64,000 bases of DNA from Octopus bimaculoides. Lineage: Eukaryota. Positions 12,880 through 22,911 of this stretch are shown piece after piece; the stretch's first letter is position 1; every line of letters starts with the position of its first letter. Position numbers and translations under genes: made by a program. The notes below the pieces were generated by a model. The model had not been told where the DNA came from. It ran no database searches and saw only the letters and a list, made by a program, of their open reading frames with translations. The stretch spans positions 134,297,153 through 134,361,152 of the forward strand of contig NC_068982.1 in assembly GCF_001194135.2 (NCBI RefSeq), in the 5' to 3' direction.

Positions 12880-13830
12880 AAATTTTTTATCTGAGCGTCA
12901 AAAAACTTCTAAAAACAATAAGATAATAGACATGTTAAGTGATATATCTTAAAACTAATGACTTGCTGCATACTTGAATAAAAGTTGGTCGGTTCGTGTG
13001 CATAAACGATATGCAACAACAGCAACCAGCTGATTTAATTCTCAGTTCGTTGTCTTCCCGACAAGATCTCTATTTTTTTTCGGCCAGCCGCTCGTCCCTC
13101 TGGAGTGATTTCAATAAGAATCTTCTCCCCTACATAACGTGTGCGTATATTTTCGTCGTCAGCCACTGAGAGGAAACACGATTTACTTCTGCAGCTTACT
13201 TTTTTTCTTCTTCTTTTCTTTCTGTATTTAACTCTCAACTGCGTTAGCAAGTAGTTTTACCTCAACCTTTATTTCTTTATTCTCTTTCGTATCTGGCAGC
13301 AGTAAAATTTTTTTTTCATCCTCACTAAGTTATTTAGTTCCCTATAACAACCAACTAACTTTATCTGGCGTACTCGGCCTTTTATAATAATTCCAAGTTC
13401 AGAACAAAAACAAAGGAAAAAAAAAGAAGAAAACCATTGACCTTTTAGATAAGAAATTTAAAGCTACCGTACCGCAAAAAGCAAAAACAAAGGAAGAAAG
13501 AAAGAAACCAAAAAAGGAAAACGAAAATTAATGAAATATTTCAAAATCGCTACTCATAATATATATATAAAAAAAACAATAACCATGATAAAGTCATACA
13601 ACTCATTGTGAGAGGAAATTTTGTTTTGGAGCCTCCAATGTGATAATTTACCGTACATTGTTCTGCTAGGATTACTGAAAAAAACCTTACATCTTTTTTG
13701 AAGGGGACGACTAACAGAAAACGAGGATTGAGCAGCAAAATTTTTATCAGTGAGGATACTTAGCTACCTGATGTAAAACTTATAATGTCTGATCTCTAGG
13801 GAAACCCTGGAAAACAAAATAAGGTAAATA
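12880..13830. promoter_or_regulatory. CpG-retaining unique region, candidate promoter / 5' UTR exon(s)
   Basis: Non-repetitive and locally CpG-rich. Minus-strand donor GTAAGC at 13199 and plus-strand donor AAG|GTAAAT at 13824. Confidence 0.4.
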
Positions 13831-14793
13831 TGATATTTGTTTCGGAAGATTTATTTTTTTATTCTCCTTTACGTTTTATCATACTTCAGGCACCTCGCAA
13901 ATTCGTCTGAGAAATTGTGTTCGCACTTGCATTTTATTTATTTTTTGCGCCTTTTAAGAACTTTGATAATTAATTTTTTTTTGTTATTTTCATATGAAGT
14001 TCTGTGATCAAAGTAAGGAAATTTTAAAGTTTATTCGACAAAGTTTAGGGAAGAAAAACGGGAGTGGGAGGGGAATACCTTTTTACGAGCTTCTTTCAAT
14101 GTAAATAAGTTTTTAATGTTCAACAAGTATTTTTGTTGTCATTTCATTGCTTTGTTAGTTTTTTTTTTTTAGTGTTAAGGAATCCTTAAGTTTATTCTAC
14201 GCAATTTAGTGAGGAAAAAGGGGATATTCCTCTTTTGCGAACCTGTTTGAATGTAGATAAGTTTTTAACTTAGCAAGAATTTAAAAAGTATTTTATAAGA
14301 AATGTTTCAATCCTTAACATAATTTTCGCACAAGGAGTTTTAAATAATAATAATAATAATAAAAACTTTATGATGCAAAAAAGAGAATTAATCCTTTATT
14401 AATTCCCTACATATTTCTGGTTCTCCCATCTACACTGGCGAATTGACGAATTAATCTATTACAAACCAAAATTTAAAGATTATCTGCATTGCTTGGAAGT
14501 GAATGAGTTCCGGTTTCGATACCTGTGGGGGTAGTTATATCACTTTTAATGTCCTCGAGAAACTATGTAAAAAGAAAAACATTTTTAGTTTTTATCAAAT
14601 TTCTTTGTCACCTTTTCGTTTTTCTTCTCTTACAGTAAATGCATGCGCTATTTAAGCTTTCTAATATTGACTCTCAAAATATGTAATTCGTAATAACGAA
14701 ACAAAATAAACGGAGAAATATTTGTTTAAATGTCTTATCAAATCGATAGATAACAGATGTCTTACTCGGTATTAAGTGTGTGTGTGTGAGAGA

Positions 14794-14828
<35 letters not shown>

Positions 14829-14852
14829 CGTGTTTGTCTGTGAGAACGAGTT

Positions 14853-14885
<33 letters not shown>

Positions 14886-16079
14886 TACTTTCACAGACAG
14901 AACTCGTATTTTCCGCTTGATAAATCTTGTTAATTGCTGTATATACTTAAACATACACTGAGTCATTCTATCTCTGTTTTTCGGTGTCGTTTAGAAGATT
15001 TTGTTGTCGAGACAAAAGATTTCAACGAAATAAAAGTTTAAACAATNNNNNNNNNNNNNNNNNNNNNNNNNNNNNNNNNNNNNNNNNNNNNNNNNNNNNN
15101 NNNNNNNNNNNNNNNNNNNNNNNNNNNNNNNNNNNNNNNNNNNNNNNNNNNNNNNNNNNNNNNNNNNNNNNNNNNNNNNNNNNNNNNNNNNNNNNNNNNN
15201 NNNNNNNNNNNNNNNNNNNNNNNNNNNNNNNNNNNNNNNNNNNNNNNNNNNNNNNNNNNNNNNNNNNNNNNNNNNNNNNNNNNNNNNNNNNNNNNNNNNN
15301 NNNNNNNNNNNNNNNNNNNNNNNNNNNNNNNNNNNNNNNNNNNNNNNNNNNNNNNNNNNNNNNNNNNNNNNNNNNNNNNNNNNNNNNNNNNNNNNNNNNN
15401 NNNNNNNNNNNNNNNNNNNNNNNNNNNNNNNNNNNNNNNNNNNNNNNNNNNNNNNNNNNNNNNNNNNNNNNNNNNNNNNNNNNNNNNNNNNNNNNNNNNN
15501 NNNNNNNNNNNNNNNNNNNNNNNNNNNNNNNNNNNNNNNNNNNNNNNNNNNNNNNNNNNNNNNNNNNNNNNNNNNNNNNNNNNNNNNNNNNNNNNNNNNN
15601 NNNNNNNNNNNNNNNNNNNNNNNNNNNNNNNNNNNNNNNNNNNNNNNNNNNNNNNNNNNNNNNNNNNNNNNNNNNNNNNNNNNNNNNNNNNNNNNNNNNN
15701 NNNNNNNNNNNNNNNNNNNNNNNNNNNNNNNNNNNNNNNNNNNNNNNNNNNNNNNNNNNNNNNNNNNNNNNNNNNNNNNNNTTTACTATTTTCTTCGATT
15801 CAACAGCGTAATCTAGAAAGCAAAGAAAATAAGTATTTATCATGCTTTGTTAAACGAGAACACGAATTTACATGTAGCAAAGGTGGTGGGGTTTGGAAAT
15901 AAATGTCCCATACCTCAAGGGAAAGGAAATCTGTTTTTTTTTTTATCTTCCCTACCGTTTTCTCTCTCCCCCTCCCCGTATTTCGTACAACGGTTATTAT
16001 GGTTCTGAAAAAGTTTCTTTCAAAAATTTCAGCTTGTTTCCATTTTGTCTTCCCCTCTATTTCCGTAACTTTTTCTTCC

Positions 16080-16300
16080 CCACGAAGGACATCCATTCCG
16101 AAACTCTGTCCGTCGTATAAAGTATATATTTCCACGATTTTCTGTCCTCCATAGAGACTGTATAGACTGATGGTGTGGGTTGGCCACATTGATAAGAGTA
16201 GCAGACGACAGTCGAAAGGTCGGCGGCTTGTATTCTGCCATTGGCTCTGCTTTGTGTTCGTGACCAAAACAATTGACATAGAGTCTAATGTTTCTCAAAC
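16080..16300. promoter_or_regulatory. CpG-rich promoter-like patch with CCAAT box
   Basis: AGCCAATGGC on the minus strand (ATTGG at 16240-16244) within the CpG-densest unique sequence of this part of the window. Confidence 0.4.
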
Positions 16301-17169
16301 TGATAAATACTAGCTTATTACCACTACTCCAAATAGGTCGAAAATTTTGCCATTTCTCCACTGCTCAGCATCGAGAAGACAAAGTAGTTTGCATCAATAT
16401 CTGTTCTTCAGGCATTGGAGTTGCGTGGATTTTAGTCGCTCTGTACAGTAGTAATATTAACCCACCCCACCCCTTTTCCTTAAATATAACATACCTTCGA
16501 CTACAGCAAGCACACGTTTATAAAGCATCTGCCCTGAGCACTCTGCACACCCAACGCTATGCCACTGGACACTGGGGAAGTTTGAAATCATTTGAATTTT
16601 ATTAAATAGAGTAATTTGTGTTTTCAATCCGGTCAGCATTCCACTTGAGTGAAGTGCACTGGACTCGTTCGCCCGACTTCAAACAGAATATCGTATAATA
16701 GTCACAAATCACCACTCCGAAGCAGCACTGTGGAGTAAATAAACATGCAGTTCGCTGGTTTGACTCCATTTATGTTGGCGCAATTTGTTTTTCCCGGGCA
16801 CTCATGAAAGTGAAAGTATTTACTTGATCAAAAGTAGATATTTTCCAGCGCAAAAAGTAGGAGTGTGTTCTTACAAAATGAAACTATTAAGGGATGAAAG
16901 TAAAATAGTGAATTGTTGAATGCTGGCTAAATACCATTAAGCATCCAGCGTGATTATCATTCACTGTTGATGTTGAATCCATCGTATGTATTAAATTCCT
17001 AATTAGTGTGTGCAAAGAATCGCTATTAATTAATGTATCAAATGATAATAGATTAGAGAACGACGAACAGCAAATACAAGAGGAACATTCCTGCAAAACT
17101 ATGGCTTTCTCCATCACAGTTATTGTTGTGGTGATAGCGAAGCCATTTTAATAGTATTATAGGCCACAA

Positions 17170-17360
17170 GCAAGTCAATGCACTGAGCTCTATATTAGTT
17201 ATTTACTGGTCTCAAATTTTGGCACAAGGCCAGCAAGTTCGGGGGAGGGGATAAGTCAATTACATTGGTCCCCAGGGCTCGACTTCCGAAAGCATGAAAG
17301 GTAAAGTCGACCTCAGCAGAAGACGGATGAAATGCCGCTACGCATTTTGTCCGGTGTGAT
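17170..17360 (-). mobile_element. OR/Ceph-type SINE, decayed
   Basis: Reverse complement of the core: 'gaaaggtaaagtcgacctcagcag...ggatgaaatgccgctacgcattttgtccgg'. Confidence 0.7.
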
Positions 17361-19109
17361 AGTAATTTAGTCATTTATTAACAGCGAGCTTCAGTCTGAT
17401 TAAGTCAAATAGGGCACCTGTATCTGTGCGCCCCTACCATCCCGGGGAAACGGCCCAGTGTGTTCATATCTTAAGACGTCATTGATAGTTGTACTGAAAG
17501 TGTCGTAAGAGTCATTGCGAATACATTTTCTTCGAGGAAATTTGTCTCTTATGCAAGTCATTGAGCTCTTGTATTGTTTGGAAGAGTGACATAGCTAGCA
17601 TCAAAATAACTCTCTAAAGCAAATATTTTTATTTTCCCCTTAAATAACTGACTTTTTTTGACAAAGGTAAAAGGAAAAAAAAAAACATTCACGTCTTGAT
17701 GTGGAAAACGTCTACTTTCGACGAGGTGAATGGTTTAAAATTCATGGAGCTCGAGAAACTAAGAATCGATGATTTTTTTTTTTTTTCTTTTCTATTTCCT
17801 TTTGTTGGTCTGTGTGCTCCACAACCAATTTGAGTCGAAGGACTCTTTTAGAATTATTAATGTTGATACAAGGACATATATTTGCAGAGCCTGAACATAG
17901 CAGTTTGAATCGAATAATACATGACTAAGGCGATCCTTGAGCTTAGCCCATGGACAGGGGTGGTGGTATCTAGTTTCATTTTATCAACCTCAGCCTTTCG
18001 GACCTTAGCGTACCCCTAATTCCTAATATCAATTTCCATTGCGCTTAAGGTATCACTTAGTTTTATCAATCAATAATGACAAAAACGATAGTCACTCTTA
18101 AGCTCAACGGTCATCAATGACCGATTCTTTTTATTTCATCAACTCCAGAAGAATGAAAGGTAAAACTAACATCGGCGAAATTTGAACCAGGAATTTCATT
18201 TAAAAATTACGATTTCTTAGATGCCTCAAGATCACTACTTTTGGAGGATCGTATAGTCGGTTATAACAGCTCTAGTTTAATTTATTTTATAGATAAAAGA
18301 CGGAAATTAACCTCTAACGGGATTTGAAGTAAATACTGTCAGTTTTACTAGTACTCTACGGATTCTGCCATCCATTGCTATCATCGCCAGTGAACAACTT
18401 TTGGCTGATGTTAAAATGGTTTCTGAGTGTTCTTCTAATTTTCCAATTGACTGAGCTGATTTATTCTATTTCTCGTTCGAATATTTGCCATTACCACAGA
18501 GATCTGCACTCGTGATCGGCTTCACCCATGTTCTATGATACAAAGTTACTGTTTTAAAAGTGATCTAAATTAAAGCCTTCCATCAAAAATTTCATTTTAA
18601 ATTATTCCAAGCATCAACTTAACTGTGACAGTCATTTTAATAAATTGTTTATTCTGAAAATTAATTGAATCAAAAGCGTCTTTCAAGAGAAATATGGTAA
18701 ACAAGACGAAATATCTCAACAGCTCGATTCTCATCACCAACGCTGCGGTGTATCCATGGAAGGAAATATCTTAGTAATTCTGAATTGTCTCAACTTCCTA
18801 AGTGATAAACAAGTACAATAGAGACCAACAGTTCCGTACTGCAAACAGCGGATATAGTATCAGAGAGTGAGGGGAGAGGAGATGGAAAGAGTGTTCACTA
18901 CAGCAAATAGCAAACATATTTTTTTTGTTTGTCATTTGACTGCGGCCATGCTGGAGCACCGCCTTTTAGTCGAACAAATCGACCCCAGGACTTATTCTTT
19001 GTAAGCCTAATACTTATTCTATCTGTCTCTTTTACCGAACCGTTAAGTTACGGGAACGTTGACACGCCAACATCGGTTATCAAATGATGGTGGGAGGACA
19101 CACACACAC

Positions 19110-19350
19110 ACACACATATATACCAGAGTAAGCACATAAATGCGAAACAAGGTTGAAAAAATAGTACTCGAATACCAGAGGTAGAGTAATATACTTTATT
19201 GAAAAGTAGCAAAAATATATCACAAAAACTGTTTACTCAGTTTCACGTTCTCGTTCGTCGGGAAAATTAAACACTGTCCGACGAACGGTGACGTGAAACT
19301 CCGAGTAACAGATTTTGTGATATATTTCTGCTGCTTTTCAACAAAGTGTG
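19110..19350. mobile_element. Penelope-like element terminal (pseudo-LTR) fragments in head-to-head orientation
   Basis: Inverted arms at about 19197-19261 and 19278-19345, each carrying a hammerhead-like core. Inverted termini with minimal hammerheads are characteristic of PLEs. Confidence 0.6.
19274..19311 (+). ncRNA. Minimal type I hammerhead ribozyme (U4C core variant)
   Basis: ctgt-CCGACGA-acg GTGA cgt-GAAA-ctc c gag-TA-acag. Stem I ctgt/acag, stem II with GNRA loop, short palindromic stem III, UH cleavage site at 19306-19307. Confidence 0.7.
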
Positions 19351-19669
19351 TGTATATATATATATATTATATACGACGGGCTTCTTTCAGTTTCCGTCTA
19401 CCAAATCCACTCGGTCCAAGGCTATAGTAGACACTTGACCAAGGTGCCATGCAGTGGGACTGAACCCGGAATCATGTGGTTAGTAAGCAAGCTGCTTACC
19501 ACACAGCCACGAATATTTTAGTCTGCTGCATTGAGTTCGTTTTAGAAAAGAAACGCCTCCGAAAAATTGTCATTGACGGAATTTGGCAATCTGCAAAACT
19601 ATTATTGCAGTCCGTTGCCTTATTCCTGTTAAAAATTCAAGAGACACCATGTTTATTATAGGCTCAGAC

Positions 19670-19886
19670 GTGGCTGTGTGGTAAGAATCGTTAACTCGCC
19701 GGGCGAAATGCTTAGCGGTATTCCGTCTGTCGTTACGTTCTGAGTTCAAATTCCGCCGAGGTCGACTTTGCCTTTCCTCCTTCCGGGGTCGATAAATTAA
19801 GTACAAGTTACGCACTGGGGTCGATGTAATCGACTTAATCTTTTTGTCTGTCCCTGTTTGTCCCCTCCATGTTTAGCCCCTTGTGG

Positions 19887-19918
<32 letters not shown>
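19670..19918 (+). mobile_element. Young OR/Ceph-type SINE with poly(A) tail
   Basis: CpG-intact core followed by an A-run at about 19889-19918. Confidence 0.9.
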
Positions 19919-19922
<4 letters not shown>

Positions 19923-20029
19923 GCTTCCCAAACTTTCCGGGTTCAGTCCCACTGCGTGGCACCTCGAGCAAGTGTCTGTTACAATAGCCTCGAATCGACC
20001 AAAGCCTTGTGAGTAGATGTGGTTAGAAG

Positions 20030-20337
20030 TACTCCGTCGGTTACGACGACGAGGGTCGCAGCTGATATGATCAACGGAACAGTTTGCTCGTGAAATTAAC
20101 GTGCAAGTGACTGAGCACTCCACAGACACGTGTACTATTAACGTATTTCTCAGGGAGATTCAACGTGACACAGAGGGTGATAAGACCGGCCCTTTGAAAT
20201 ACGGGTACTACTCATTTTTGCCAGCTGAGTGGACTGGAGCAACGTGAAATAGTGTCTTGCTCAAGCACACGACGCGTCGCCGAGAATTGAACTTACGATC
20301 GTGAGCCAAATGTCCTAACCACTAAGCCACGCGCCTT
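20030..20337 (-). mobile_element. tRNA-derived SINE of a third family, nested in a family-A SINE
   Basis: Minus strand reads 'ggcgcgtggcttagtggttaggacatttggctcacgatcgtaagttcaattctcggc...ttgagcaagacactatttcacgttgctccagtccactcagctggc'. A related copy lies at 63735-64000. Confidence 0.8.
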
Positions 20338-22611
20338 TACAGTGGATGTGGGCCATGGAAACTGAAAGAAGTTTGTCATATATATCTGTGTTTGTTCCTA
20401 ACCACCACTTGACAAGTGTGAGTTTGTTTACACCCTCGTAACTGAGCGGCTCAATAAAAAGAAACCGATAGAATAAGTACCAGGCTTTAAAAAATGTATT
20501 GGATTCGATCTGTTCGACTAAACCCTTAAAGGCGATTCCCCAGCATGACCGCAGTCTGAAACGAGCAAAAGATCCTGTATATTCAGATTGTCTTAAAGAA
20601 AATTCTTTTGAGTGGTTTTGTTTCCAGGTTCATAGGAAGCTTTTGAACACAACACAGAAAACGTAGCAAAACACAGTGTTTGTGTTGCTTGCCTTCACTA
20701 GACAGTTTGTTAAAGATTAAAATCAGAATGTTTATCTGGGCTGGATTAAATCGTTTAAGAAGTTCAAAACTATTGCATGAGATGTTTAGTAGAATATATA
20801 TTTTTTATTGATACTATTGGTAAAGAGATGGCTGTGTGTAGTTCTGGGTTTGATTCCACTGTACAACACCTTGATAATGTGTCTTCTGCCATAGCTTCGG
20901 ATCAACCCCAAACCAATTGAGTGAAATGGGATAGATTGAAACTGCCACACCGGAAACAGACTTACCTAACGCTCATTTTAACAGCTAGTCCTTGGGTGTC
21001 TTTTAGCAGATTCCATTCTGCTAATTTCCTGTGCTTTTCTCATGAAGGTCTTGACACAGCACGGAAACATTTCAAAACGTTTTTGGATGGTTAACCTGCT
21101 TTCTCTGACTAAGCCACGTGAAAAAAGAAATATCCTTAATTCCAACCTTTATTTTAATGTAGTACGGAATAAAGTTTTTACTGACTTTCAAATCACCGAA
21201 ATTTTGTTTTGTCGGCAATCTTTCGTAATGTGATCCACAAAGTGAAACGATTGAAGTCGACAAAGATCGGCACAATAAAAATGAAAGTTAAATAACGTTC
21301 GGCAATACTCGACTAAATTCGGCAATGCAATTAAAGCGGAAGAATGTATTTCTTTGAAACTGAATGCTAAGCTGACTGAAAGGAATTATGTCGTACAGGA
21401 TATTTGTGTTAAACAATGAACATTGAAAGTACAAATAATTTTCTTGTATTGTTGGGATTAATTCATAATTCAGCTGTGTATTGTAATGAATCAATGCATT
21501 TGGTGACTCACCCCACATGTTCAGATAGAAAAGCTGTGAGGTGTTGTATGCATAGGCGTTTATCAAAGTATTAGGTATATTTTTATCTGGGCCTCGTATC
21601 TCTTTGTCTCACCTCGTAAAACTTATGGACAGCCATTAACTGTAAACTTTTATAGAGCAGGTCCATGTCGGTGGAGAGGCAATAGTTAATTGCTATAGAT
21701 ATTCAAGATATATACGTGTGCTATATGGTTTATCGACAAGCCTGTGTAGATTGGCAGAAACAGTTTACACAGTTTGTTAAATGTCTTCGACAGTATTATC
21801 CTGTCCAATTCTTATAGTTTAGTTTATTATTGAGCAAATCATAAAAGAAATCAAAAACATTTTGCAAAAAAATAAAAATCAGATTTTACAATTATCCTTT
21901 TGTTACATCAGGTTCATATCACTTATTTTCTTTCAAAGAGAACTATTCCTTCGCATTCCCTGCTGAGTTTCCGGTAAATAACGATCTCTGCGATTGCAAT
22001 GGTTTCACGTTCTCGTTCTTAAAGCGAACCTTGTCGTTTTGACTCGTTTTCCAGCTTTTAAATTGTTTAGACTAAAGTAATAATAAAGTGAATATATCTG
22101 AAATACTTTAATCAAACATAGGTTTGGTCAATAACCAGCTGCTACTGGGTGGGTTCGATAATGATATACCAATGGTATATTAATGTTTGCAGAATTTGGG
22201 CACAAATCCAAGGAAAAGTTATGAATGTTGTTAAAAGAAATAGAAAAAAAACCCCAGCGAACCTGTTACGGTAAATGTAGAATTTGAAGATGACTCTCCG
22301 TTACCCCACCTATGTATGAAACATATATAGGATTGTCAAGGGAATTCTACCTCCCCAACTTCTTCCCAGCATCTGGGTGAACTCTATGTGGAGTTGGCAT
22401 GCCCCAAACAAAACTAATATATTTAAGCTAACAGCAGCGCACTAACTGCTGAATCGGCAGGGTACGGCAGTCAGCCGTTCATATCCTATATCCAGTTGTG
22501 GTGAGATTGTAAATTTGTATTACAAAACGGGAACCCTTCTGTTGCTACATTCATATTGAAGTACACAGCCTTTGTATCGCCTGGCATGAGGAAGAATTTA
22601 CTAAAATGATT

Positions 22612-22911
22612 GGTACTACTAAAGGAGAGTGGTCCCAACTCGCACCCGCGCAAGCTAGTCGTGAGTAGTCGATCCTACAACAATTGCTGGTCATATCCCT
22701 CATATATTGATGCCATTGAATAACAGTAGTATGTGATAGGCCGGTCATCTCAGATGATGTGTATACGGATGGGTTATGGGACCATAAATATGTAACAAGA
22801 ATGCCAACAAATCCTAGTAAACTTTTTAGCACAAGGCTCTCTTGTAGGATCGACTACTCACGACTAACTAGTGCGGATGCGCGTTGGGGACCACTCTTCT
22901 TTAGTAGTACT
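22612..22911 (-). mobile_element. Internally deleted Merlin/ISXO2(IS1595)-like DNA transposon
   Basis: About 67-bp imperfect TIRs starting GGTACTACTAAAG. 9-bp direct repeat AAAATGATT at 22603-22611 and 22912-22920. The internal minus ORF (VTYLWS...EMTGLSHTTVIQWHQYMRDM) resembles the pre-DDE region of Merlin transposases. Confidence 0.7.

Larger units (their letters stand above)
18915..19510 (-). mobile_element. SINE family A interrupted by a Penelope-like insertion
   Basis: SINE tail at 18915-19110 and SINE head at 19370-19510, with foreign sequence between them. Confidence 0.75.

Noticed and set aside
14984-15843. Long ORFs of 273-275 aa (likewise 4925-5491, 41141-42716, 50933-51696)
   Set aside because: They are open only because they run through N gaps. 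The sole real part is the RTE fragment at 42258-42552.
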